Shown here one piece after another: positions 17,469-26,695 of a stretch of 32,000 bases of DNA. Origin of the DNA: Halomicronema hongdechloris C2206 (GTDB taxonomy: Bacteria; Cyanobacteriota; Cyanobacteriia; Phormidesmidales; Phormidesmidaceae). The notes beneath the pieces are model-generated. The model searched no databases. It was not told the DNA's origin and saw only the letters and a program-made list of their open reading frames with translations. A program made the translations under genes and the position numbers. The stretch's first letter is position 1; each line of letters opens with the position of its first letter. The DNA lies in NCBI RefSeq assembly GCF_002075285.3, contig NZ_CP021983.2, positions 3,390,001-3,422,000 on the forward strand, given 5' to 3'.

Positions 17469-18839
17469 ATGTATTGTTGCTCCGTAGGAGGTTGTCCGTT
17501 GTCCCAGCCTATTCCCATCTACCTGGTCGATGCAGAGATGCTCCGCCAGCATCATAGTGATAGCCGCCTTTGGCAGGAGGCTTGCGGGTTTGAAGCAACT
17601 CCTGGTAGCTATTGCCTCGTACCTGGTTCAGAAGGGATTGACAAGGTTCTGGTGGGTCGGGGGCGAGACTTGGATACCTGGACGCTGGGGAATTTACCCC
17701 AGGTACTTCCTCTCCATCAATATGCTTTAGCCGATGACCTCAGTGCAGAGACAGCCACCCGCCTCAGCCTGGGCTGGGCCTTAGGCCAATATCGCTTCAC
17801 CCGGTATCAAAAACCCGATCCACCTGGCCTGGCAGAGTTGGTCATGCCTAAGGGGGCCGACACAGACTATGTCAGGGCGGCCACAACTGCCACCTATCTA
17901 ACCCGCGATCTGATCAATACGCCGGCCAATGATATGGGGCCAGCCCAGCTAGAGGCCCAGGCGCGCACTCTGGCTGATACCTACGGAGCAGACCTCACTC
18001 TGATTACCGGTGAAGAGCTGTTAAGCCAAAACTATCCCTTGATTTATGCCGTAGGCCAAGCCAGTGCCCAGGCTCCGCGTCTAATTGATCTGCGTTGGGG
18101 GGATCCAGAGGCAGTCCAGGTAACCCTGGTCGGCAAGGGGGTCTGCTTCGACACCGGCGGTCTGCATGTCAAGTCAGGCTCAGGCATGCAGATGATGAAG
18201 AAGGACATGGGGGGAGCCGCCCAGGTCATGGGATTGGCCAATTTGATCATGGCCCAGGCCTTGCCGCTGCGGCTGCGGCTACTGGTGCCTGCTGTGGAAA
18301 ATAGTATTGCTGGCAATGCCATGCATCCCTTGGACGTTATTACTTCCCGCAAAGGGGTGACGGTCGAAATCGGTAATACGGATGCTGAGGGTCGTTTGGT
18401 ATTGGCAGATGCCCTGGCAGAAGCCAGTCAAGCATCTCCAGATTTACTAATCGATTGTGCTACGCTCACCGGGGCGGCACGGGTGGCCTTGGGGACAGAG
18501 CTGCCCGCCTGCTTTTGCAATCATCAAGAGACGGCTGAGGCTCTACTGGCGGCGGGGCAACGGGTGGATGATCCCCTCTGGCAGTTGCCTTTGCACGAAC
18601 CCTATCGCGCTCTATTGGAGAGTAAGGTGGCTGATATCTCCAATATCTCTGGAGGGTCTTACGGTGGGGCCATCACGGCGGGACTGTTCTTGCGGGAGTT
18701 TGTTTCCCCGCAGATTCCCTGGATACACATAGATCTGATGGCCTGGAATCTACGGTCCCTGCCGGGGCGGCCAGAGGGCGGCGAGGCCATGGGAATGCGA
18801 GCCCTCTATGAGCTGATCCGGCAGCGGTTGACATCCTAA
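17469..18839 (+). CDS. M17-family leucyl aminopeptidase-like protein
   Basis: VGKGVCFDTGGLHVKSG, MKKDMGGAA and the M17 signature NTDAEGRLVLADAL. The exact start is uncertain. Confidence 0.9.
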   Translation: MYCCSVGGCPLSQPIPIYLVDAEMLRQHHSDSRLWQEACGFEATPGSYCLVPGSEGIDKVLVGRGRDLDTWTLGNLPQVLPLHQYALADDLSAETATRLSLGWALGQYRFTRYQKPDPPGLAELVMPKGADTDYVRAATTATYLTRDLINTPANDMGPAQLEAQARTLADTYGADLTLITGEELLSQNYPLIYAVGQASAQAPRLIDLRWGDPEAVQVTLVGKGVCFDTGGLHVKSGSGMQMMKKDMGGAAQVMGLANLIMAQALPLRLRLLVPAVENSIAGNAMHPLDVITSRKGVTVEIGNTDAEGRLVLADALAEASQASPDLLIDCATLTGAARVALGTELPACFCNHQETAEALLAAGQRVDDPLWQLPLHEPYRALLESKVADISNISGGSYGGAITAGLFLREFVSPQIPWIHIDLMAWNLRSLPGRPEGGEAMGMRALYELIRQRLTS

Positions 18840-18891
18840 CCAGACTCCCTAGTCCATCAGGGCGGAACGAATGTCAATTCTATTGGCTAAG

Positions 18892-19615
18892 CTATGCCAA
18901 GTTCATATCAATATTCCAACAAATTAGACATCTGAGTTCAAAATTATCAAAGTTACTGAACCCAAATCCAAGTCGCTTAATGAGCTTTAATCGATTATTG
19001 ATACCTTCCACAATGCCGTTTGTTGTACCATTTTCGAAATAGTTTAGGACCTCGCCAAACCATCGACAAAGGGTACCTACACTACCATTGAAGTATGTTT
19101 CAGCATCGACCATCCAGTCAAGCAATTCAAACAGAGCCTCCGACCATTTACTCGCCGTTTCAAAGATAGTTCTAAACTGTTCTTTCAGACCATGCATTTC
19201 CGCTAATTTAGGAGAGGCATCTCTAATTTCATTAAGCTTATTTTGCTGCACTTCTGTCAAATTATCTTCCGGTTTAAGTAACGCATATTTACTCTGCTTA
19301 AGTGCCTGTCTTACAACCTTGTTCTCAGGGGTATCAGGAGCCGCATTCGCTTCTCTCTTGAGCTGATTCCGAGTCCGATTTAACTCATCGTTAACTAGCT
19401 TCATAATATGGAATCGGTCCGCTACAATATCAGCATTCGGAAGATACTTATTCACAAAACTTCGGTAGTTTCCGGACAAATCAATACTGACTTCAAGAAT
19501 GTGCTCTAACACCTATTGGCCCCAGCCTTCCAGCACTCTCAGCATGTCAACCTGCTTGCGAGAAGGAGCTAAACCAATCAGATTATGTGTGTCTAAATCT
19601 ACAAATACGACAATA
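18892..19615 (-). pseudogene. ISL3-family transposase, C-terminal two-thirds, with an in-frame TAG and cut by the IS630 insertion
   Basis: ADRFHIMKLVNDELNRTR...NGIVEGINNRLKLIKRLGFGFSNFDNFELR is the ISL3 DDE C-terminal pattern. Upstream in frame: VVFVDLDTHNLIGLAPSRKQVDMLRVLEGWGQ, TAG (19513-19515), then VLEHILEVSIDLSG. Confidence 0.8.
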
Positions 19616-19632
19616 TAGCAATCCCAGTTGAT

Positions 19633-20169
19633 TTATGAACAAGGTGAATATTCTTCTATTTTAGAAAAATCGAACTTTTGATGATCTATAAAGAACTCAA
19701 ACAGATACTTTACAGCGGGGAAAGAACGACACAACCTCCAAAATCTTCTCAATGAATTTTTGGCTTGTAACCAAACATCTTCCACTGGATTTTGTTCTGG
19801 TGAATTGGGTGCAAATAGAATACATTTGAATTGCCATTCTGTCTCTTCCTTCCCATGATTGACTGTAGCTAAAAAATCTTTGATCTCTTGTGACTTATGA
19901 TAACTAGCGCCATCCCAAATTAATGCGATTTGCTTCCCAGGATTTTGTTCCTGCAAGTACTTCATAAAAGCAACTGTATTCTCTCCATTCCCTTTCTCGT
20001 AAGGATGCAAAATAAATTCTTTTGTTTGATAGTTTAATGCGCCATAATATGTTTGCCTGATTCTCTCGTTTGTAATAGGGATTTCGATTCGCATATCTGT
20101 CTTGCCCCAGACATATCCACAAACATCACCCCAAAGGAGATGACACTCATCCAAAAAAAGTACAATCAA
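19633..20169 (-). CDS. IS630 transposase OrfB (DDE_3 catalytic domain)
   Basis: FLDECHLLWGD..., LIWDGASYHKS..., LFAPNSPEQNPVEDVW are DD(35)E-type blocks of the IS630/Tc1 superfamily. Confidence 0.85.
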   Translation of the reverse strand: MIVLFLDECHLLWGDVCGYVWGKTDMRIEIPITNERIRQTYYGALNYQTKEFILHPYEKGNGENTVAFMKYLQEQNPGKQIALIWDGASYHKSQEIKDFLATVNHGKEETEWQFKCILFAPNSPEQNPVEDVWLQAKNSLRRFWRLCRSFPAVKYLFEFFIDHQKFDFSKIEEYSPCS

Positions 20170-20693
20170 TTCCCCAGACTCAATTTTGAACTGGTTTTGA
20201 CGGATAAATCCTTGGATTTCTTCTCTTTTTTTTTGACTAGAGCTGGATCAGATTTCGGGTTGGTTTTTTGAGATTTCTTCCAACTAATACCTGCTTCCGA
20301 AAAAAGTGTATAGTAGCTTTGCTTAGACTTGTAAATCACATCATAATGTTCATCTAAATATGAAACTAATTCATCAAAGTTCCAGTAGTTTCTGGTTCTC
20401 AGCCACGAGATAATTTCTGTACGATCATCTGGGGTTAGGTAACTTTTTGATCCTTGGTAGCCGAGTTTAATACCTTCAATGCCTTGTGCTTCGAATCTGT
20501 TCTTCCAATATGTAATAAAAGACTTGTTTATTCCCAGAAATTTGGTAATCTTAAAATATGGCTCACCCTCCAATGCCATTTTTACAGCCAATGCTCGCTT
20601 AAGCTCTCTTGAATCAGGATTACTACTTATAAAGTCTGATAGAATAGCACGATTATCTACTTTTTGTTGGTGTTCTAATTGAAAACTATTCAT
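20166..20693 (-). CDS. IS630 transposase OrfA (HTH / winged-helix DNA-binding part)
   Basis: RELKRALAVKMALEGEPYFKITKFLGINKSFITYWKNRFEAQGIEGI...DELVSYLDEHYDVIYKSKQSYYTLFSEAGISWKK. The track ATG at 20750 lies inside the TIR, so the Met at 20693 is preferred. Confidence 0.8.
   Translation of the reverse strand: MNSFQLEHQQKVDNRAILSDFISSNPDSRELKRALAVKMALEGEPYFKITKFLGINKSFITYWKNRFEAQGIEGIKLGYQGSKSYLTPDDRTEIISWLRTRNYWNFDELVSYLDEHYDVIYKSKQSYYTLFSEAGISWKKSQKTNPKSDPALVKKKEKKSKDLSVKTSSKLSLGN
20226..20234 (-). other. A9 slippery run (T9 on the + strand): candidate programmed -1 frameshift joining OrfA to OrfB
   Basis: In the OrfA frame the text is GTC AAA AAA AAA GAG. The -1 frame is open from just upstream of this run through LIVLFLDECH into OrfB, which would give ...LVKKKREEIQGFIRQNQFKIESGELIVLFLDECH. 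Confidence 0.6.
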
Positions 20694-20764
20694 GAGTACA
20701 ACTGTATTGACAGCTTGATGATATTTATATACTACCCATTCTAAACTCATTTAGGGTTGCTATA

Positions 20765-20905
20765 ACACTCTGAAACCCCGGACTTATCAGTCAAATAGTC
20801 TGTTTAATTCCTTAAAAACCAGGTATTATCCCGTAGATCTGCTGCATAATACCGGGAAACAGGGGGCTTATCCAGCGGATCTGACACTTAAGTTATAGTT
20901 AGGCG
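20765..20905 (-). pseudogene. Upstream piece of the same ISL3 transposase pseudogene
   Basis: One minus-strand frame reads KCQIRWISPLFPGIMQQIYGIIPGF(stop)GIKQTI(stop)LISPGFQSVI. Removing the IS plus one TA in silico gives ...PGFQSVIVVFVDLDTHNLIG in the same frame as 18892-19615. Confidence 0.55.
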
Positions 20906-20952
20906 GAATACACGAGCTTTTCCTGCGACATTTTTCTAGTCCAAATTTACGA

Positions 20953-21654
20953 ATGAGCACCTACAACAGCGTTCAATACCTTCTCGACGATTACCCAAGG
21001 ACTCTATTTCCTCTATCAACTACGAAAGTAATTGCGGAGAATACTGGGACTGAAGTTCTTCAGTATGTTTATGAAAAGGTACTGAATCTAAATGAGCCTG
21101 CACATTCTTTCTTGTCGCAAGCCAGATGTTATGCCTCCAAACAAGGTTTTCATTTGCGCCGAACAGTAAAACTTGACCCGGTCGCTGAATTATTTATTTA
21201 TGACATTATTTACAGAAATCGCTCCTTATTTCGCAAGGATTTTAGCCCAAACAGACGTAGTTTTGGCTATAGATTTGAACAAGGAAAACCCATATCTCCA
21301 TCTAAAAGCTATGGAGACTTCAAGAAAAATTTAGCCTATGTAAAGGCACATTTTAAATTCGCTCTTAAATTTGATATTGCTACGTATTTTAACTCTATAT
21401 ATCATCACTATATTGTCAGATGGCTTAGCGACATAGGAGCATCTAGTAATGATGTTGAGAATCTTGGGCAGTTCCTCCGAGAGGCGAATACAGGGGTTTC
21501 CATTGATTGTTTGCCTCACGGAATTCATGCAACGAAAATTATTGGTGCAGAGTTTCTAAAGTTTGTTGATAATTCCGTTAAGTTGAAATGTAGCCTCTTG
21601 CTGCGATTTATGGATGATTTTTATCTTTTTTATGTTCTGAAGAAGCTGTGCTGA
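20953..21654 (+). pseudogene. Abi/UG-class (defence-type) reverse transcriptase; the N-terminal 233 aa are intact through motif C, then decayed
   Basis: RT motif 1-like HLRRTVKLDPVAELFIYDIIY. Motif A KFDIATYFNSIYHHYIVRW, compared with AbiK LDLSNFYHTLYTHSIPW. Motif B CLPHGIHATKIIGAEFL. Motif C RFMDDFYLF. A stop follows 8 codons after motif C; full-length relatives are ~500-600 aa. Confidence 0.7.
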
Positions 21655-21715
21655 TTTGATGATTATTAGATTAGTATACAAGCTGTCTCTCAGTACTCGG
21701 CCAGAAGCGGGTCGT

Positions 21716-22880
21716 GGGAGCATCTCATTTTTGCGAGAACCCAGCATCTGTGCTGAGATGAAAGGGTAGTCTCTACCCCAAAAGCTCTTGTCCCCCGAAG
21801 ACCAAGCCGCCTTAGCCCAGCATAGCCGCGAGATTGCCAAGATTCTGCATCGCAATAGCCCTCCTGAAGCCGTTGACACACTTGAAGGCATTGAAACGAC
21901 GGTGCGGCAGCAGATGCTGGAGCACGTCAGTCCCGAAGTGGGAATTTTTTTGTCGAAGCGTGCACCCAAACCCAACGGGGACGCCCCCGGCAGCTAAAAA
22001 GTGTTCTGGGGACCCTCCCGATTCGGGAACAGCAAGCCCAGCGGTTGGGCCTCGAACCCCACGGTCGTCTCAGCCCGCTCTTTGAGAAATGTGCGTTGCG
22101 GGTTGCGGCCTGCCAAAGCTATGGGAAAGGCGAAACCGACGTGTCCGTTTTAACGGGGATGTCGTTGAGTCATTCAACGCTGCAACGCCTCGTGCAACGC
22201 CAACGTGAGACCCCACCGGAGGCGAAGCAGACGGTCACCGAGATCAGTGTCGATGGCGGTAAAGTGCGCCTGCGGCATCCGGAAAAAGGCGAACCCAGTT
22301 ACTGGAAAGAATACAAGAGTGCTCGGGTCGAGAATCTGTACTATGGGGCGGCGTTTCAGGCAAATGACTGGCTGCAAGACTGGCTAAATAGCCAACCGTT
22401 AGCGAACCCCATCATCTGCCTTGGCGATGGGCATCGGGGCGTCTGGGCGGTGTTTCGTCCCATCGCCACCGTGGAAACCCGTTTAGAAATTCTCGATTGG
22501 TACCACTTGGTCGAAAACCTCTATGGAGTTGGGGGCTCATTAAAACGGCTGAAACAAGCCAAAGCTCTGTTATGGGAAGGGCGGGTTGATGAAACCCAGG
22601 CGTTATTTACCGACTGCGCTCTGGAGCAAGCCCGGCGATTCTGTGATTACTTGGAGCGACATCGTCACCGAATTGTGAATTACGGCTATTTTCAAGCTGA
22701 ACAAATCTGTTCGATTGGCTCAGGTGCAGTTGAGTCAGCCATCAAGCAGATTGACCATCGCATGAAACTCCCAGGCGCTCAATGGGTGCCCGACAATGTT
22801 CAGCAAGCCTTGCAGGTGCGATGTGCCTATCTGAATAGAGCCTACGATTGTTGATGTTTTTGCAACTTTGAGATGCTCCC
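21716..22880 (+). mobile_element. ISKra4-like insertion sequence (family tentative), ~1165 bp
   Basis: ~25-bp TIRs match at 21/25: GGGAGCATCTCAtttTTGCgAgAAC (from 21716) versus the reverse complement of the right end, GGGAGCATCTCAaagTTGCaAaAAC (ending 22880). No clear target duplication. GC is host-like, unlike its AT-rich surroundings. Confidence 0.65.
21758..22854 (+). pseudogene. DDE transposase of the ISKra4-like element, interrupted by an early TAG and a frameshift at a T7 run
   Basis: ATG AAA GGG TAG at 21758-21769, then in the same frame SLPQKLLSPEDQAALAQHSREIAKILH...LEHVSPEVG. At T7 (21945-21951) homology moves to the -1 frame: FFVEACTQTQRGRPRQLKSVLGTLPIREQQAQRLGLEPHG... into the 22045..22854 ORF (SVDGGKV, CLGDGHRGVW, ILDWYHLVENL, IGSGAVESAIKQ). 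Confidence 0.65.
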
Positions 22881-23005
22881 GTAAGCTCATACTAATTTTT
22901 TTACAAAATTCTGAGCTTGGAAACAGTCTAGCTCACGCCTCTTAGAGTTGTCATCAGCAATCTAAAATTCATGAACCGATAATGACAGATTGTCATCAAA
23001 TCTCT

Positions 23006-24646
23006 TTATAAATCTTCCGGTTCTTGACCGGCCACCACCGGCGCGGTCTTACTCAACTTCAACTCAGGATGGTCCATCTCCACCTGCTGACAGTTCCATT
23101 CATTGCGGAACAGCAGCACCGGGCGGCCCCAGCTATCTTTCACCGTGGCGGTGTTGAATAGGCGACCTACCGCCTCTAGGGCCTCCCAGCCGCCATCGAC
23201 CCAACGGGCTACCGAGTAGGGCAGGGGATCCAAGCGGGTCTCGACGTTGTACTCAGTCTGCAGACGAAACTGCACCACTTCGAACTGCAGTTGTCCCACC
23301 GCCGCCAGGATGGGATCGCGCTTAGACTCGTCGGCGGAGAACATGATCTGCACTGCCCCTTCTTCCCGCAGTTCCTTCACGCCCTTGTGGAATTGCTTGA
23401 ACTTAGAGGGGTTGGGGTTTTTCAGGTAGGCAAACAGTTCTGGGGAAAAGCAGGGGATCCCTTCATACTCCAGCTTTTTACCCTGGTAAATAGTGTCGCC
23501 AATGGCGAAGGCGCCGGGGTTGTTGAGGCCGATGACATCACCGGGATAGGCCTCATCTAAGGATTTGCGCCCCTGGGCAAAGAGCTTCTGGGGATGGGAG
23601 AGGCGCACCGATTTGCCCAGGCGGGCATGGTTGACCACCATGTCCTTTTCAAACTTGCCAGAACAGACCCGCACGAAGGCGATGCGATCGCGATGGCGAG
23701 CATCCATATTGGCCTGCAGCTTAAACACAAACCCAGAAAAATCTTCGTGGGTAGGAGGGACATCGCCGAGGGTACTGCGGCGGGGACCCGGCTTGAGGGC
23801 ATAATCAAGAAAGGCTTCCAGGAAGAGTTCGACACCGAAGTTGGTCATGGCACTGCCGAAGAAGACCGGGGTCATTTTACCGGCATGGACCCGCTCTAGA
23901 TCCAGCTCCGGGGCCACTTCGTCCAATAGTTCTAATTCTTCCTTGAACTGGTAGTAGAGATCTTGGTCTAGGAGCTCCTCGATGCGGGGATCCCCCAGAT
24001 CGATGACGGTGTCTGCCGCAGCTTTGCTGCCGTGGGCGGTACGCTGAAACAGATGGAATTGTCGCCGCCGCCGATCGAAGACGCCTTGGAAGCGATCGCC
24101 AGCGCCGACGGGCCAATTCACCACGTAGGTTTGCAACCCCAACTCCTGCTCAATTTCATCAAGCAGTTCTAAGGGGTCGCGGGCAGGCCGGTCCATCTTA
24201 TTAAAGAAGGTAAAAATGGGTAGAGACCGCATGCGGCAGACTTCGAAGAGTTTGCGAGTTTGGGGCTCTAGCCCCTTAGCCGCATCTTCCAGCATGACGG
24301 CATTGTCAGCCGCGGCCAGGGTGCGATAGGTGTCTTCGCTGAAATCTTGGTGACCGGGGGTATCCAGCAGGTTGATGGTGTAGTCGTTGTAGTCAAATTG
24401 CAACACCGTAGAGGTGATGGAAATACCCCGTTGCTGCTCCAGCTCCATCCAGTCGGAAGTGGCATGGCGCTGGGCCCGGCGAGCTTTCACGGCTCCGGCT
24501 TCGTGGATGGCGCCACCGTACAGCAATAGCTTCTCAGTCAGGGTGGTTTTACCGGCATCCGGGTGGGAGATGATCGCGAAGTTGCGACGCTCTTCCACGG
24601 CTTCGGCCAGGGTTTGAGATGAAACTGCTGGTGATGACGTTGCCAT
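23006..24646 (-). CDS. prfC: Peptide chain release factor 3
   Basis: [60 protein letters not shown] and NKMDR. ATG at 24646. Confidence 0.95.
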   Translation of the reverse strand: MATSSPAVSSQTLAEAVEERRNFAIISHPDAGKTTLTEKLLLYGGAIHEAGAVKARRAQRHATSDWMELEQQRGISITSTVLQFDYNDYTINLLDTPGHQDFSEDTYRTLAAADNAVMLEDAAKGLEPQTRKLFEVCRMRSLPIFTFFNKMDRPARDPLELLDEIEQELGLQTYVVNWPVGAGDRFQGVFDRRRRQFHLFQRTAHGSKAAADTVIDLGDPRIEELLDQDLYYQFKEELELLDEVAPELDLERVHAGKMTPVFFGSAMTNFGVELFLEAFLDYALKPGPRRSTLGDVPPTHEDFSGFVFKLQANMDARHRDRIAFVRVCSGKFEKDMVVNHARLGKSVRLSHPQKLFAQGRKSLDEAYPGDVIGLNNPGAFAIGDTIYQGKKLEYEGIPCFSPELFAYLKNPNPSKFKQFHKGVKELREEGAVQIMFSADESKRDPILAAVGQLQFEVVQFRLQTEYNVETRLDPLPYSVARWVDGGWEALEAVGRLFNTATVKDSWGRPVLLFRNEWNCQQVEMDHPELKLSKTAPVVAGQEPEDL

Positions 24647-24781
24647 TATCGCTGGTATCGAGGGTCTCCCCAAATTCTAGAGGCTATGGCCAGGGTTTGA
24701 CAGCTTTAGGCGTTGGCAATGGGAGACTCTGGAATCCGGTTTAGTCATTTGCCGGGTAATTGTGAGTCACCTGGAGGGCCT

Positions 24782-25396
24782 TTATCGCAGACCCAGGTAG
24801 CTACGCAAATCCTTAAGAATGTGATTCAGGTAGAGATCCATGGTAGAGAGGGGGGTAGGTATCTGCGCCCGCAGGTCAGCCTCAACACTGGAGAGGCTGA
24901 ACCAGTTAGCTCCGGCATACTCCTGAGGAGTGAGGGTGATGGCCTGCCGTTCGGCGTCGCAGAGAGTCGCGAAATAGGTGAGATTAACGCTGTGCAGACC
25001 GGGATGTTGCCATGGAGGTGCCTGTTCCTGGGCTGGCTTCTGGGCAACACCGCTAAAGTGACTAGAATAGGCCCCGAGGTAGTGAAACCGCTCCCTGGCC
25101 AGCCAGAGTCCCGCCTCTTGATTGAGCTTACGCTGGACCGCAACCAAGGGCGATTCTCCCACGTGCATGCGGCCTCCGAGCACCCACCAACCCAGGCGAG
25201 GGGGCTGGTGGCGCCGGCCCAATAGCACCCTATCTGCATGGACCAGCAACACATCTACACAGGTAATGACCAGAGCCTGCAGAGCCCGATAATAGTCTTG
25301 GTCAGGGAGATAGGGAGAGTCGGAGTTGCTCTGGGAAGAGTCTTCGACAAAGTGAGGCACTCCGACCCCGGCGTCTAAATCTTGCCGCTGGGCCAT
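24782..25396 (-). CDS. NUDIX hydrolase
   Basis: Nudix box GGRMHVGESPLVAVQRKLNQEAGL (G-x5-E-x7-R-E/K-x2-E-x-G pattern). Confidence 0.8.
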   Translation of the reverse strand: MAQRQDLDAGVGVPHFVEDSSQSNSDSPYLPDQDYYRALQALVITCVDVLLVHADRVLLGRRHQPPRLGWWVLGGRMHVGESPLVAVQRKLNQEAGLWLARERFHYLGAYSSHFSGVAQKPAQEQAPPWQHPGLHSVNLTYFATLCDAERQAITLTPQEYAGANWFSLSSVEADLRAQIPTPLSTMDLYLNHILKDLRSYLGLR

Positions 25397-25630
25397 GGCG
25401 ATGATGGAGAATGCTGGGGGACAGTGGTTCTATTCTGACAACCTGCCCTATTCAGAGATAGCCTTTGGTCGGCAGCTTCATGGAGTGCCCATAATCACCA
25501 GCGCTATTTTCCAAGAGCCTGTGTTCTCTGGCAACCGACTCGTATCGGCTGTGGCCGAGGTCGTCTGCAACTGAGAGTCTGAACTGTAACTTTATGTAAA
25601 GTATAAACAGAAGCCGATTGTTTCCAGGGG

Positions 25631-26563
25631 ATGCCACCGGCCAATCCCCAACGCGTTTGGAGTTTTATCGTGACTGTCGCCGATTCCATCCCAATTCAGT
25701 CCTCTCAGTGGTACTGGCGAGGGTTTTCGATCCGCTATCAACAGGTAGGCCGGACAGGGCCGGCAGTGCTTTGCATTCATGGCTTTGGCGCCTCCAGTGA
25801 GCACTGGCGACGCACCCTACCGGTGTTGGCTCAGGCTAATCGGGTCTATGCCATCGATTTGATTGGCTTTGGCCAGTCTGCCAAGCCCAGGCCCAATGCC
25901 CCCATAGCCTATACCTTTGAGACCTGGGGAGCTCAGGTCCTCGACTTCTGCCGTCAGGTCATTGGCGAGCCCGCTTTTCTGGTGGGCAATTCCATTGGCT
26001 GTATTGTGGCGCTGCAGGCGGCGGTGATGGCCCCGGAGCAGGTGCGGGGGGTGGCGATGCTGGATTGTTCCCTGCGGCTGTTGCATGAGCGCAAGCGGCA
26101 GCGACTGCCTTGGTATCGACGGGCCAGTGCCCCGTTATTGCAACGGTTGCTGGGCTATCGCCCCTTTGGCCATTTCTTCTTTAGCCGTGTTGCTCGGCCT
26201 CGGGTGATTCGTCGGTTGCTAGGCCAGGCCTACGGTCGCCCCAAGGCGGTAACGGATGACTTGATTCTGGCCCTGTGGCAGCCATCCCAGGAACCGGGGG
26301 CAGCCGATGTGTTTCTGGCTTTCGTGCGCTATTCCCAGGGACCCTTGGCTGAGGATCTCTTGCCCCAGGTGCAATGTCCAGTGCTGATTCTCTGGGGAGA
26401 GGCGGATCCTTGGGAGCCGGTGGCGCTGGGCCGGGAACTTGGCCGGTATGAGGCCGTCGAAGCATTTATCCCCCTGCCGGGAGTGGGGCACTGCCCCCAG
26501 GATGAGGCGCCGGAGCTGGTTAATCCCCTGCTGCAGGAGTGGGTGGCTCGGCACAGCGGCTAG
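25631..26563 (+). CDS. Alpha/beta-fold hydrolase
   Basis: HGFGASSEHWR, nucleophile elbow GNSIGC and a C-terminal GHCPQDE His motif. The start is uncertain; a GTG at ~25670 is possible. Confidence 0.85.
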   Translation: MPPANPQRVWSFIVTVADSIPIQSSQWYWRGFSIRYQQVGRTGPAVLCIHGFGASSEHWRRTLPVLAQANRVYAIDLIGFGQSAKPRPNAPIAYTFETWGAQVLDFCRQVIGEPAFLVGNSIGCIVALQAAVMAPEQVRGVAMLDCSLRLLHERKRQRLPWYRRASAPLLQRLLGYRPFGHFFFSRVARPRVIRRLLGQAYGRPKAVTDDLILALWQPSQEPGAADVFLAFVRYSQGPLAEDLLPQVQCPVLILWGEADPWEPVALGRELGRYEAVEAFIPLPGVGHCPQDEAPELVNPLLQEWVARHSG

Positions 26564-26580
26564 GAGTTGCTAAGAAAGAA

Positions 26581-26607
26581 CCCCTATGCCAGGGCAGCGG
26601 ATAGGGG
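26581..26607. terminator. Weak hairpin between convergent genes
   Basis: CCCCTAT-(13 nt)-ATAGGGG between the hydrolase stop (26563) and the membrane-protein stop (26696). Confidence 0.25.
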
Positions 26608-26695
26608 CGAAACAGTTAAACGCTTGTAGGTCTACTATGGCTCAGCCTGGGTGGATTGACCCTGAGGCTGTGCCGATTTGTGGAGTGTCCTGGGA

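Larger units (their letters stand above)
19616..20762 (-). mobile_element. IS630-family insertion sequence (1147 bp), apparently intact, nested in the ISL3 remnant
   Basis: Imperfect 20-bp TIRs match at 14/20: TAGCAATCCCAGTTGATTTA (19616-19635) versus the reverse complement of 20743-20762, TAGCAACCCTAAATGAGTTT. TA is on both flanks (19614-15 and 20763-64). There are two overlapping ORFs, HTH and DDE. Confidence 0.85.

Noticed and set aside
20763-20952. Retron-like msr/msd or DRT-type ncRNA upstream of the reverse transcriptase
   Set aside because: Most of this 190 bp is explained as the upstream piece of the ISL3 transposase pseudogene, which is in frame with the downstream piece once the IS630 is removed. 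The RT motifs are Abi/UG-like rather than retron-like. I saw no long inverted repeats typical of msr/msd.
21556-21975. 139-aa minus-strand ORF inside the ISKra4-like element
   Set aside because: It is antisense to the clear transposase homology, runs across the TIR, and has a Ser/Cys/Arg-rich composition.
23247-25254. Numerous 60-140-aa ORFs antisense to or out of frame with prfC and the NUDIX gene (for example 23594..23899, 23877..24116, 24713..25225, 24826..25254)
   Set aside because: They are fully embedded in genes with unambiguous homology and have Arg/Pro/Gly/Ser-biased composition. The same reasoning applies to embedded ORFs in hik2, the DUF3084 gene, the aminotransferase gene, the M17 peptidase gene and the 28195-28832 spacer ORFs.
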